This document shows positions 21,148-30,656 of a stretch of DNA of 64,000 bases, piece after piece. The position numbers and the translations under genes were made by a program. The notes under the pieces were generated by a model, which worked only from the letters and a program-made list of their open reading frames with translations, was not told the DNA's origin and searched no databases. The DNA is from a virus (Duplodnaviria; Heunggongvirae; Uroviricota; Caudoviricetes): IMG/VR virus record IMGVR_UViG_3300027659_000024; one strand, given 5' to 3'. Position 1 is the stretch's first letter. Each line of letters starts with the position of its first letter.

Positions 21148-21501
21148 ATGAAAAAGAGTTTATTTTTGACTTCAATTATTTTACTTGGGACACTACAGGG
21201 ATGTAGTACTATTGTAAACGGCACTTCTCAGAGTGTAAAAATACAAAATTTACCACAAGAAGGTTGTTTGGTTCATGAGTTGTACATGACCCCTCTTTGG
21301 AATACTGGAGTAGCCCAGAAAGGTTCTAAATCGCTTGAGGTAAAATGTAATAAAGAAACTCGACTAATCAAACCTTCTGTGTCTAAAGAGGGAGTATTTT
21401 CTGCTGTAGTACTGGATGGTGGTATTGTAGACAGTATTTCTGGTGCAATGTGGCAATACCCTTCTACTGTCGATTATGACAAACTTGAGATTAAAAAATG
21501 A
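21148..21501 (+). CDS. lipoprotein (signal peptide plus lipobox LQGC)
   Basis: MKKSLFLTSIILLGTLQGCS. SD AAGGAGGG. Confidence 0.65.
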   Translation: MKKSLFLTSIILLGTLQGCSTIVNGTSQSVKIQNLPQEGCLVHELYMTPLWNTGVAQKGSKSLEVKCNKETRLIKPSVSKEGVFSAVVLDGGIVDSISGAMWQYPSTVDYDKLEIKK

Positions 21502-21818
21502 AAAAGATCATACCTTTATTGTTAATCTGTGCTTTACTTCCCTCTTGTGCTAATTTAGCTCCAAGAGATTTTGAGTATACTTGGGTAAAATCGGAAAGAC
21601 CACCTTTACCGATGACAGTAAAGGTGGTTTCTCAAGAAGAAGTTAAAAAACACTGTAATACAGGAATGCATGTGTGGGCTTGTGCTGTGTACTACTGGAT
21701 TGTTGAAACAAAAGAATATACAGAGTGCATTGTTTATACAAGTTATAAAAACCTCCCTGACTTTCTTATTGGGCATGAAAAAAAGCACTGCGATGGATGG
21801 GATCACGTAGAGAAATAA
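21498..21818 (+). CDS. lipoprotein (lipobox LPSC), Cys/His-rich with HEKKH motif
   Basis: MKKIIPLLLICALLPSCAN. HExxH-like HEKKHCDGWDH near the C-terminus. Confidence 0.55.
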   Translation: MKKIIPLLLICALLPSCANLAPRDFEYTWVKSERPPLPMTVKVVSQEEVKKHCNTGMHVWACAVYYWIVETKEYTECIVYTSYKNLPDFLIGHEKKHCDGWDHVEK

Positions 21819-21843
21819 AACATAAAACCTACAAGGAAATATT

Positions 21844-22458
21844 ATGGGTTTAATTAATATCGCAGTAGCTTTCACTGCTGTTGCTAGAAAAAACGAAGGT
21901 CTTTTGAGAGTTCTATCAGAAGAGATGATTAAACATGAAATCAACACCCCTTTGCGAGTGTGCCACTTTCTTTCTCAGCTTTCACATGAGTCTGCTGGTT
22001 TTACAGTGCTCAGTGAAAACCTGAACTACTCTTCTACAGGTCTTTTGAAAAATTTTTCTAAGTATTTCAAAGACGGATCAGAATTAAAGTACGCAAGAAA
22101 TCCAAAAGCAATTGCTTCTAGGGTTTATGCAAACCGGATGGGAAATGGTTCAGAAGATACTGAAGAAGGTTGGAGATACAGAGGTCGAGGGTACATTCAA
22201 ATTACAGGTAAATTCAATTATGAAAAATACAGTAAGAGCATTTTTGGAGATTCGAGACTTCTTGAAAATCCAGATCTCGCTCTTGATTATATTATTGCAG
22301 CGAAAATAGCCTGTGCTTTCTGGAAAGAAAATAATTTAAATTCTTTAGCGGATAAAGACGATTTGATTGGTATCACCAAAAAAATTAACGGTGGTACAAA
22401 CGGTATTGATCATAGAAGAGAACTTTTAAAAAAAGCTAAAGATGCTGTAGGAATTTAA
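21844..22458 (+). CDS. endolysin, glycoside hydrolase family 19 (chitinase class I-like lysozyme)
   Basis: Motifs FLSQLSHESAGF and YRGRGYIQITGKFNY, typical of GH19 phage endolysins. Confidence 0.8.
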   Translation: MGLINIAVAFTAVARKNEGLLRVLSEEMIKHEINTPLRVCHFLSQLSHESAGFTVLSENLNYSSTGLLKNFSKYFKDGSELKYARNPKAIASRVYANRMGNGSEDTEEGWRYRGRGYIQITGKFNYEKYSKSIFGDSRLLENPDLALDYIIAAKIACAFWKENNLNSLADKDDLIGITKKINGGTNGIDHRRELLKKAKDAVGI

Positions 22459-22459
22459 A

Positions 22460-22684
22460 ATGAATAAAACAGACAGATGGCGCAATCGAAGAAGGATGGC
22501 ATGGGCGTCTCTCATTGCTGGACTACTTTTCCCTTTGCTTTTGCTCTGGAGTCAGTCAGATCAACTAGGTGCCGTTGCTGGTGCCTTTTATGTTTTTGTA
22601 GGTGCTGTAGTGAGTAGCTACATAGGTTGGGCAAGCTGGGACGATAAAAATTTCAAGGATAACAAAGATGATTCTGGGACTTAA
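22460..22684 (+). CDS. holin (putative, two TM helices)
   Basis: 74 aa with two hydrophobic helices and a charged C-terminus, between the endolysin and spanins. Confidence 0.5.
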   Translation: MNKTDRWRNRRRMAWASLIAGLLFPLLLLWSQSDQLGAVAGAFYVFVGAVVSSYIGWASWDDKNFKDNKDDSGT

Positions 22685-22997
22685 AAATACATTAATAGCT
22701 GTAATCGTTACAACCTCTTTAGGTTGGGTATATTCTCAATATCAATTTAAACAAGGTATAGAACTCGGCAAACAGTCTCAGATCGCTTTGCAAGCTGAAA
22801 TCGATACCAGAGTAAAAGAAGCTGAAGATAAGCTAACTCTCGCCGTTGTCGAAGGTCTAAAACAAATCGAGGTGAAAAATGTCACTATTAACAACAAAGC
22901 AATTAAAGAAGTCATTAAAGAACCTGTTTATTCTGAGTGTAAGCTTACCCCTGATGGCGTGTCAAACGCCGTTGAAGCGAACAGACCAAGAAAGTAA
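22668..22997 (+). CDS. i-spanin (Rz-like)
   Basis: N-terminal TM plus coiled coil. Overlaps the o-spanin gene. Confidence 0.55.
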   Translation: MILGLKNTLIAVIVTTSLGWVYSQYQFKQGIELGKQSQIALQAEIDTRVKEAEDKLTLAVVEGLKQIEVKNVTINNKAIKEVIKEPVYSECKLTPDGVSNAVEANRPRK

Positions 22998-23166
22998 ACC
23001 AGATCCATTGATTCTTTTAAACTGTCCAGATTTACAACCATTTGAAAATGAAAAAGAAATAACAATGGGAGATTTGTTGTTAAAATACATTCAAGATACC
23101 AATCAGTATTACTTGTGCCAAGCTTCAGCTTTAAAATCTAAACCTAAACTACCAGAAGAAAAGTGA
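22879..23166 (+). CDS. o-spanin (Rz1-like lipoprotein), overlapping the i-spanin in another frame
   Basis: Lipobox LPLMAC, SD GAGGTGAAAA, Pro-rich mature region. Confidence 0.6.
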   Translation: MSLLTTKQLKKSLKNLFILSVSLPLMACQTPLKRTDQESKPDPLILLNCPDLQPFENEKEITMGDLLLKYIQDTNQYYLCQASALKSKPKLPEEK

Positions 23167-23175
23167 AATGTAATA

Positions 23176-23649
23176 ATGCAAGAAGATCAAAAAATCCAAA
23201 CATTAGAAAAAGAGATGATACATCTTAAAGTTTCAGTAGATAATCAATCAAAGATACTGGTAGAAGTAAAAGACATTCTACATCAACAGAACAACATACT
23301 TCAAAATGTAACTGCGATACGTGAGTCTTTAAATGATCTTAGAGATGATGTAGACGAACTTGAGACTGTTTTTGAAACTAGAAAAGAAGTCACAGATAAC
23401 AATAACAAATTGTTTTCTGAATTTGTTGCTAAAATAAAAGGGGGACTTGCTGTTTCTTTATTTTTTTTCGGTATCATTCAGGGTGCTGTAGCTTTTGTTC
23501 TTGCAGATAATTATGAAACTCATAAGAATTTTCAAAAAGAACTGCAAGAACTACGAGTAGAGGGTGCCATTTTAAAAGAAAAAATTAAAGTTCAAAATTT
23601 AAATAAAACAGTGCAAAAAGCAATAGAGTCATCTCTTAATGTAAATTGA
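23176..23649 (+). CDS. coiled-coil protein with C-terminal TM segment
   Basis: 157 aa. Confidence 0.45.
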   Translation: MQEDQKIQTLEKEMIHLKVSVDNQSKILVEVKDILHQQNNILQNVTAIRESLNDLRDDVDELETVFETRKEVTDNNNKLFSEFVAKIKGGLAVSLFFFGIIQGAVAFVLADNYETHKNFQKELQELRVEGAILKEKIKVQNLNKTVQKAIESSLNVN

Positions 23650-23682
23650 ATTTATCATACGAAATACAGTATTGAACTTATC

Positions 23683-23719
23683 AAACCCCGGTTTCCTTAA
23701 ATGGATTCTGGGGTTTTTC
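23683..23719 (+). terminator. hairpin terminator between convergent units
   Basis: AAACCCCGG...CTGGGGTTT stem followed by TTTTC. Confidence 0.5.
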
Positions 23720-23720
23720 T

Positions 23721-24146
23721 TTATGTGTTAATATACTGTCTTTGGAGCGCGAGGTTTCCAAAAACGTCTTCTGCAAAAGAATCTAAGTCGTGGTCGCAAG
23801 TCTGCTCACACACAAAATTACAACCATTCATTAGACTTGTTTTTACTGTTTCATTTTCTTTAAATTTTAAAATTGTTTTTATAGATCGAACTCTATTTTC
23901 AGCATGAGATAGTTCATATTCTTTTCTTATAAAAAAAGAAGCAATAGCTGATTCTTTATCAGGCCAAGCAAACTTATTATTGCTTCTATTAAATATCAGA
24001 TGTTTCTTGTCCTGTAAGCCACCATCTTTAAGTAATAGAGAAACTCTTGCTCCCATAGGTGTTACTTTAACTACGGAGTACTCTTCTAAACACAAGTACT
24101 CTCCGTAATTATTAACTCTGTAGTAGATATCTCCAAGTTGTGGCAT
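23721..24146 (-). CDS. hypothetical protein
   Basis: SD GAGGAGAGATT before the ATG. Confidence 0.55.
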   Translation of the reverse strand: MPQLGDIYYRVNNYGEYLCLEEYSVVKVTPMGARVSLLLKDGGLQDKKHLIFNRSNNKFAWPDKESAIASFFIRKEYELSHAENRVRSIKTILKFKENETVKTSLMNGCNFVCEQTCDHDLDSFAEDVFGNLALQRQYINT

Positions 24147-24221
24147 AATCTCTCCTCGATTTAGTTGTAAAGCTTTTTACCTGTAAGAATATTATTAATA
24201 ATGTCTATAAGAAAGACTACT

Positions 24222-24473
24222 TCAGTCTCTTGTCCAATAACCTGTTGCGTAAAGCATATAAACGGATGCATCGTACCGTGTTGCGAACCCACTAACAAAT
24301 CGAAGTGTGCCTTCTCCAAGTACGTCATGCCAAATTGTAGTATCATATCTGTTGTTTATCTTCCAAATTAGACCAATGAAAATATCTCCTATGTAAAACT
24401 TTACACAGTCTTCTTGGTGTTTGGTATATTTAAAATCCAAAACCTGACCTTTATGATTTACCGAAAGTGGCAT
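24222..24473 (-). CDS. hypothetical protein
   Basis: ORF with weak SD. The overlapping alternative ORF 24161..24346 was rejected. Confidence 0.3.
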   Translation of the reverse strand: MPLSVNHKGQVLDFKYTKHQEDCVKFYIGDIFIGLIWKINNRYDTTIWHDVLGEGTLRFVSGFATRYDASVYMLYATGYWTRD

Positions 24474-24484
24474 GTTTTTCTTCT

Positions 24485-24676
24485 TTACTTTTTATCTGTT
24501 TTGTAACAATACACGGCATTGTCTGGTGTGTCAATACAGGCGATTTCACCTTTGTGCATTTGTTTATAACTATATTGCGCAGTTTGTAAAGTAAGGATTT
24601 CAGCCACAACAATCACGATCATTGTCATAATTACAAGACCTGTACCAATGCCTGCTACAAATGAATCTTTATCCAC
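24485..24676 (-). CDS. small membrane protein
   Basis: 63 aa with one TM helix. Confidence 0.4.
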   Translation of the reverse strand: MDKDSFVAGIGTGLVIMTMIVIVVAEILTLQTAQYSYKQMHKGEIACIDTPDNAVYCYKTDKK

Positions 24677-24759
24677 AATACCTCCTTTGTGTTTACTATA
24701 GACAAAATAATACCCCTACCAAGTACTTTTGTCAAGTACCCAGAAGGGGTTTATTTAAT

Positions 24760-25725
24760 TTAATAACCTGTACTGTAAGAACCTATCATGGAACCTTTGG
24801 AATAGTTAGTAGTGTTGACCTCGAAGAAGTTTTCCATACCTGAACTGGATGTAACCCATTCTAACCAATCAAAAGGATTCTCTACATTGTATTCCTTTTT
24901 TAGACCCAGTTGTTCACCTCTGTAGTCAGCTACAGCACGAATATATTGTTTCGTCTCTTCACGGGTGATTTTCAATTTTTCCTGTGACGCTTTAGATAGG
25001 TGGCTAAAAGCTGCATCAATGAAAGCATCTTCAATTTCAATGCATTTTCTACGAGTTTCATACAGTTCTTTTTTAAATTCATCGTTTACGATTCTCGGGT
25101 GCTCGTTTAAAAAGATTCTAAACACCGTAGCGTTACCTTCAACGTGCATTGATTCGTCACGAATAGACCACAAGTTAACATCACACATTCCGGGCAACCA
25201 ACCGATACGACTGTAGTTCAGAAGCATTGCAAACAAAGCAAACAGACCTACACCTTCAATAAACACTTGTTTACCTAAACTTAACGCAGTATCACGGTAT
25301 GAACCATGAGCAAGAGTTCCCATGAACTCAAGTTTTTCTCTGGCTTCTTTGTGCTGTCTAAATTCTTCGTAAAAGTCTTTACCAAAACCTAATGTATCGT
25401 TAAGCATTGCATATGCTCTCTGATGAACACCTTCTCGGTTAGCATAACTTCCAAACAAGTTTCTGGCTTCGTTGTTCTTAAAAACAGGAATTAAATGCTC
25501 GTAGTAATCTTTCGCTACTTCTTTATCCCCTTCTGTAAACACTCGAAGAATTGTTTTGATGAAGGCTTTGTTTTCATCGTCAATGATACCTGATTGCCAC
25601 TGCACTAAATCATCTTTCAGAGATACTTCCCAAGTACCCCAATGAACTTTCTCGTGCTTTTCTACCAACTCAACCAATTGCGGGTAAGTTGGGTAATACG
25701 TTTTTGATGTTTCAATAATTGACAT
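24760..25725 (-). CDS. nrdB: ribonucleotide reductase class I small subunit
   Basis: Diiron-site style motifs. Start set at MSIIET (ATG at 25725) with SD AGGAG overlapping the nrdA stop. Confidence 0.85.
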   Translation of the reverse strand: MSIIETSKTYYPTYPQLVELVEKHEKVHWGTWEVSLKDDLVQWQSGIIDDENKAFIKTILRVFTEGDKEVAKDYYEHLIPVFKNNEARNLFGSYANREGVHQRAYAMLNDTLGFGKDFYEEFRQHKEAREKLEFMGTLAHGSYRDTALSLGKQVFIEGVGLFALFAMLLNYSRIGWLPGMCDVNLWSIRDESMHVEGNATVFRIFLNEHPRIVNDEFKKELYETRRKCIEIEDAFIDAAFSHLSKASQEKLKITREETKQYIRAVADYRGEQLGLKKEYNVENPFDWLEWVTSSSGMENFFEVNTTNYSKGSMIGSYSTGY

Positions 25726-25736
25726 TTTTACTCCTA

Positions 25737-27596
25737 TTATGCTTGGCAGCTTACGCACTCGCCTTCGTCTTCTTGTTTCTTCCAATCCTGCATTGCTTGA
25801 CGATGAATAGTCTTTACTGTATCAGTATTACCAGCAGAACCAGTTCGCATGTAGTATAGGCTCTTCAAAACTTTACTTCTCAATGCCTTTAGATGCACAG
25901 AGTTTATATAACCACGATCTGTTCCCGGTAAGAAGAAAAGATTCAAAGATTGCGCTTGACAAATGTAAACTTGTCTATCTTCAGCGTGTTGAATAACCCA
26001 ATGTTGATCTATTTCAAAAGCTGTCTTAAATACATTCCTTTCGTGATCTGACAATTGTTCAATCCACTGCACAGAACCATCGTAATCTTTAATGATCTTT
26101 AGCCAAATTTCAGGTGTATTCAAACCATATTTTTCAAGCACAGGCTCCAAATACTTGTTCTTAACCAACATAATACCCGCACGAGTTTTCTGTGAATAAG
26201 CATTTTTCATTAGCGGTTCAAGTGCAGGTGAAGTATTGCACAAGATACTGCTGTTAGCGTTAGGAGCAGGGGCTAGAAGGTGGCTGTTGCGCATACCTGA
26301 ACCCTTCATATCATCTGGTTCACCACGAATGATTGCAAGCTCTTTTGAAGCCTCTACCGCTTGTGATTTGATGTGACTCCAAATCTTATGGTTCCATTGT
26401 ACAGCAGAATTAAAACCACCACCTTCAAATGGGATATTTTTCTTCATCAAGAAATTTGCCCAACCCATTCCACCAATACCAATCGCTCTTTCCTTGGTTG
26501 CACTAAATACCGCACGATTTAATTCGGTTGGAGCATAATCAATGAACCATTGTAATATATTATCCAAGAACTTAGTTAAATCTTTTACTAAATTAGAGTC
26601 TTTCCATTCTTCAAAGTTCTCTAAATTGAGAGAGGCTAGACAACAAACTGCTGTTCTTTCGTCATTATTAGGTAATGATATTTCTGTACACAGATTGCTC
26701 CCGTTACTTTTTAAACCTAGACGTTTTTGAAATTCATTCATTTGTTCGTTTACATTATCAATGAACCAAGCAAAGGGTTCACCAGTTTCTTCTCTTACAC
26801 TTAAGAATAACTCCCAAATTTCTCTAGCTTTAATTCTTTCTTTTACTTCCATTGTGTGTGGACAAAATAGATCGTAGTAGTCGTCTTTGTCTACAGCTTC
26901 AGCAAAGACACGAGTGAAGCAAACCCCGTGATGAACGCCTGCGCGATTAATAATCTTTCGGTTGTGATCCCCACCACTAGGTGTACGCATCTGGATAAAC
27001 TCTTTAATATCGGGGTGATGTACACTGACATATACGGCGCAAGCACCTCTTCGAGTTCTGCCTTGTTTGTAATAACCCATATCCCCGTCTACAGTCTTTA
27101 TAAAAGGAACAGGGCCGGGTGCTTTATCCGTGGCTGCACGAATTAAAGACTGAAGACTTGTGCCACCACCAGCCAAAGATAGAACTTTAATCTCAGCAGA
27201 TGCCTTTAGTTGTGATTCAATCGTATCTCCTAGAAAAGTCAAGAAGCAACTAATTGGCATACCTTTTGGTTGTTCACCTTGCCAACAAGACTTTCTGAAC
27301 TCCCCATTACCTTCTTTCCAAAACTCAGGATCACCATAGTTTACACCAGCAATCCAATTACCCTCCACTGCATTAGCCAAAGGGGGTGATGATGGAAACC
27401 AATCACCTTTTGAAGCATGATCGTAAAGTCGTTGAGCCATTTCTACATCACCGTAGCTGAAGTTATTTACAACTTTTGCAAGAGCATGTTGAGCACTCTG
27501 GTCTTTTGAGTAATACCTCTCAAGCATCGAAAGACCTTCTTCGCTGAATCTTTTATCACGAGATTCATTAATATTAATACCATAAATATTTGTCAT
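25737..27596 (-). CDS. nrdA: ribonucleotide reductase class I large subunit (no obvious ATP-cone)
   Basis: 619 aa, active-site region NLCTEI...CCLASLNL. Confidence 0.85.
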   Translation of the reverse strand: MTNIYGININESRDKRFSEEGLSMLERYYSKDQSAQHALAKVVNNFSYGDVEMAQRLYDHASKGDWFPSSPPLANAVEGNWIAGVNYGDPEFWKEGNGEFRKSCWQGEQPKGMPISCFLTFLGDTIESQLKASAEIKVLSLAGGGTSLQSLIRAATDKAPGPVPFIKTVDGDMGYYKQGRTRRGACAVYVSVHHPDIKEFIQMRTPSGGDHNRKIINRAGVHHGVCFTRVFAEAVDKDDYYDLFCPHTMEVKERIKAREIWELFLSVREETGEPFAWFIDNVNEQMNEFQKRLGLKSNGSNLCTEISLPNNDERTAVCCLASLNLENFEEWKDSNLVKDLTKFLDNILQWFIDYAPTELNRAVFSATKERAIGIGGMGWANFLMKKNIPFEGGGFNSAVQWNHKIWSHIKSQAVEASKELAIIRGEPDDMKGSGMRNSHLLAPAPNANSSILCNTSPALEPLMKNAYSQKTRAGIMLVKNKYLEPVLEKYGLNTPEIWLKIIKDYDGSVQWIEQLSDHERNVFKTAFEIDQHWVIQHAEDRQVYICQAQSLNLFFLPGTDRGYINSVHLKALRSKVLKSLYYMRTGSAGNTDTVKTIHRQAMQDWKKQEDEGECVSCQA

Positions 27597-27638
27597 TGTT
27601 ATTATTATCCTTATTTAACTTCTTTTATTTTTTTTATC

Positions 27639-27965
27639 TTACAACTTGTGGTATTTGTAAGGATCTAGGTCTTTTACCATTTGACTACCACTTGATTCGT
27701 TTTTAGCTTCTCGACTACAGTACCCCGAATCAATCCATTCTTTATCTAGTCTTTCTGTTAAAACCCATCTGTCACATTGTACAACTTCATTTAATCGGTT
27801 TCTGTGTAGTAGATTTTCTTGACACTCGAAAGGTTTTTGAATATCACCACCTAGTTCCCACAAATATTGGAGTAGTTTAGATTTGTTTTCTTTTAGGTAC
27901 TCTGAAGTAATCTCTGGGTGCACCTTCTTCAATTCTGATAAACTTACAACTGCAATTGCTACCAT
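27639..27965 (-). CDS. hypothetical protein
   Basis: Strong SD AAGGAGGA. Confidence 0.55.
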   Translation of the reverse strand: MVAIAVVSLSELKKVHPEITSEYLKENKSKLLQYLWELGGDIQKPFECQENLLHRNRLNEVVQCDRWVLTERLDKEWIDSGYCSREAKNESSGSQMVKDLDPYKYHKL

Positions 27966-27992
27966 ATAAATCCTCCTTGTTTTTTTTTGTGT

Positions 27993-28664
27993 TTATTTTG
28001 AATTGTTGAAAATACTCGGGAAGTGTTCTGCTGTAGTTTTCCAAATTTTCTCAGCCAAATCCCTGTGTTCTTTTTGTGTACTTTCGTGCATTCTGACTTC
28101 ACAATAATGAATCAAAGATCTTATATTTGCGTTCAAGTACAATTTACTCATTGTGTTACCTTCTGGTAAAACAGACCTAGCTTGCTCTTTAGCAATACCA
28201 TGCTCCACAGCCCATCTATAAGCTTCTGCTGCTGTTTCAATAACTTTCTTTTGATATTGTTCCCAAAATGCAGCAATTTGAGGGTCTGTACACTCTGTAC
28301 TGTTTTGTCGGTTTTTATTGTCTTGCATTCGAGATTCACGACAAACAAAATACAAATCTTTAGTAGGATCAGCATATCTTTGACTAAACTCTTGTGGTAC
28401 AATTGAAGAGTGTCTTAAAAGTTGCCTACCAATGTCTCGTGTTGTTTCAACCTCAAGTTGAATATTTACCATTCCGAAAATACTCCAATGAGCATTTCTC
28501 TTACAGTAGTCCAGTAATCCTTTCGCTGTTTTCATGTTCATCTGATTAGAGGGATTGCTTACTCTAGCCATATATACAATCAATTCTTCTGGTGAATCAA
28601 CTCCTTCGACAAGTGATTTTGTTACTCCCACTGCTTTTACTTTTTGATGTTCGTATTTACTCAA
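27993..28664 (-). CDS. thyX: flavin-dependent thymidylate synthase
   Basis: ThyX signature region RHSSIVPQEFSQRY (RHR-x7-S-like). 223 aa. Confidence 0.75.
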   Translation of the reverse strand: MSKYEHQKVKAVGVTKSLVEGVDSPEELIVYMARVSNPSNQMNMKTAKGLLDYCKRNAHWSIFGMVNIQLEVETTRDIGRQLLRHSSIVPQEFSQRYADPTKDLYFVCRESRMQDNKNRQNSTECTDPQIAAFWEQYQKKVIETAAEAYRWAVEHGIAKEQARSVLPEGNTMSKLYLNANIRSLIHYCEVRMHESTQKEHRDLAEKIWKTTAEHFPSIFNNSK

Positions 28665-28834
28665 TTATCTCCCCTTTAAAATAATACCACCTCGAATTTT
28701 TAAAAACACTTAATTCAATTGGATAAACTGCATTGCCGAAATCATCTTGAAAGTTCCCTAAGAGAATTGTGTTCATTTACCCCTCCTTCACACTATGTCT
28801 TTCTGTATAACCTGCACCAAGAGAATTCATTTCT

Positions 28835-29416
28835 TTAGTTATCTTTAGCACGCTGTCTCTCCACCAAGAACAATAAACCACAAATAGCATGCGACAAATG
28901 AGGCTCCCCGGAGTCGTTGTCAATTAAATCTCCAGACAAGTGAGACATGATGTGTCGCAATACGCTTGCTTCATATCTTTCAGTTTCAACTTTACTGTAG
29001 TTTGTTCTACCGTATCGTTTGCTTCCTAATTCTAACACTTTAACAACAGATTCTACTGAGTTAGGTAGATCTTTTAAAAGTAAAGTATAATCTAATTTAC
29101 CTTGGTCGAATTTAATTCCTCCTGCACTGTTTACTATGACTTCTGTATCTTTTACAAAAACTTCATCTGATTTGGTAATGTTTTCTTCAGTTTGTTTAAT
29201 AACTTCTCTTACAGTCTGAGGTAAGGCATCTTCTTTTACTAGTTCAAGGTCGTCTTCTTTAAAAAAATAACAATCAAAAGCTAAAGAATAAGAAGATAAA
29301 TCTATACAATATTCACCATAAAATGTATCAAAATCTTTAATAAAACCAACACAGTTACGCAAAAAACCTTTACTACCTAGAATTTTTACTTTATCTCCTA
29401 CTTTGAATTTGCTCAT
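28835..29416 (-). CDS. dATP/dGTP pyrophosphohydrolase-like domain with N-terminal KVGD (KOW/SH3-like) domain
   Basis: GKLDYTLL...VLELGSKRYGRTNY resembles the phage dNTP diphosphohydrolase N-domain family. N-terminal FKVGDKVKI motif is shared with several small ORFs. Confidence 0.45.
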   Translation of the reverse strand: MSKFKVGDKVKILGSKGFLRNCVGFIKDFDTFYGEYCIDLSSYSLAFDCYFFKEDDLELVKEDALPQTVREVIKQTEENITKSDEVFVKDTEVIVNSAGGIKFDQGKLDYTLLLKDLPNSVESVVKVLELGSKRYGRTNYSKVETERYEASVLRHIMSHLSGDLIDNDSGEPHLSHAICGLLFLVERQRAKDN

Positions 29417-29426
29417 TTCCCCTCCA

Positions 29427-29945
29427 TCAAGTCGGTAGACCGTTCACATAAGAACTCAGGTCTACGTTTTTGTAATTACACGGCTTACGAATCTTTCCAT
29501 TTTTATCTTTAAATACGTAAACACCAAACGTCTTGTTATAATGAACGTCAATTTCTACGCCTTCAGACTTGTATTTTTCAACTGTAACTTCAATGATGTT
29601 CCTTGCATTTGGATTAGTAACTTGAACGTACTTTGTAAGATTGTTTGCACATACATCCAAAAGTGCCTCTCTTGCTCGAAGAGATTCATCTACCATCTGC
29701 ATAGCACCAAAAGCTGTTACTACAAGATCGTCTACCCCATCGAGAGTCTCTTTGACATCATCTTCTTCGATACCTTTTTTGAATTCATCCAACTCTGATT
29801 GGATGATCTTTACTTGGTTCAGTAGTCGTTCTTTTAAAGTTTGTGTAGTGTTATTTCCGATGTTGTCTGCAATCAGATTAAATGTTTTGACTGAATTGTA
29901 TGCTTCTCCGATCAGTCCATCAATGTGTGTTGTACCCTGTGTCAT
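29427..29945 (-). CDS. MazG-like nucleotide pyrophosphohydrolase
   Basis: All-alpha EExxE/D-rich region LDGVDDLVVTAFGAMQM. 172 aa. Confidence 0.55.
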   Translation of the reverse strand: MTQGTTHIDGLIGEAYNSVKTFNLIADNIGNNTTQTLKERLLNQVKIIQSELDEFKKGIEEDDVKETLDGVDDLVVTAFGAMQMVDESLRAREALLDVCANNLTKYVQVTNPNARNIIEVTVEKYKSEGVEIDVHYNKTFGVYVFKDKNGKIRKPCNYKNVDLSSYVNGLPT

Positions 29946-29979
29946 GTTTCTCCTTTGTTAAATGTATAAGTTATAACGT

Positions 29980-30183
29980 TTACAGAGTGTAGCAAATTTC
30001 CCACACTTTGTCAAGTTGATTCGTAGAGTATCCTTGTTTGATTAGCTTTTTGATTTGGTATTCTGGGATGCTGTATAGTTTAGATAAATAAGAGATTTCT
30101 TCATAGTTTTCAAGATTCTTTTGAATTTCTTCTGGTGTTGTAATATCTACAGTCAATACTTGAGTATTAATAAGGTTTTTCAA
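29980..30183 (-). CDS. hypothetical protein
   Basis: 67 aa. Apparent TTG start with SD AAGGAGAGAT. Confidence 0.4.
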   Translation of the reverse strand: MKNLINTQVLTVDITTPEEIQKNLENYEEISYLSKLYSIPEYQIKKLIKQGYSTNQLDKVWEICYTL

Positions 30184-30386
30184 TATATCTCTCCTTTTTT
30201 TGTTGTTAAATTTAAACAGAACAGTACAGTGTACAGGTTGAATTGTAAAGAGGAATTTGTAGTATTTATAAAATATTTAAAACAATGAAGACAGATATTA
30301 AATACTCCTGAGAAAATAGGTAAGTCACCCCCTACCCCAACCCTGAGATTATTTTGAAGTATTCTAAGGAAGTTAAGGTAAGATGG

Positions 30387-30415
30387 TTGACTTTTCCTAA
30401 AAAGTAGAGTAATAT
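30387..30415 (+). promoter_or_regulatory. sigma70-like promoter TTGACT-N17-TAATAT firing into a ~290-nt non-coding stretch
   Basis: Direct read. No ORF follows until 30702. Confidence 0.45.
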
Positions 30416-30629
30416 ACTCCCTCGGTCATAGGTCAGATAAGTCTGAATGTACTTTGTGTTGATTCTCAAACAACACACCCCCGACAGTACAAAGAGTTCC
30501 CTCTCAGTCATCGCTGGATTATAGGATTTGCACCTGTCAGAGATTTAATTCTGACTACCAGATATTCTATTGTACCAGAAAAAACAGAGAAGTCAATACC
30601 TTTTCTGTAAAAAATTCTGAAAAATATTT

Positions 30630-30656
30630 TAAAAAACTCTTGACAAAGATGAAAAG
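30630..30656 (+). promoter_or_regulatory. sigma70-like promoter TTGACA-N16-TGaTATGAT
   Basis: Direct read, upstream of the first replication-module gene. Confidence 0.5.

Noticed and set aside
21498-21818. Calling the second lipoprotein a zinc metalloprotease on the basis of HEKKH.
   Set aside because: At 106 aa it is too short for known HExxH protease folds. The motif may be a coincidental metal site. Noted only as an observation.
24161-24346. Minus ORF overlapping 24222..24473 in another frame.
   Set aside because: Mutually exclusive overlap. Neither is strong. Kept only the longer one, with low confidence.
28835-29945. Z-genome (2-aminoadenine) pathway suggested by MazG-like plus dATP/dGTP-PPase genes.
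   Set aside because: No PurZ (adenylosuccinate synthetase-like) or DatZ (HD) homolog is visible in the window.
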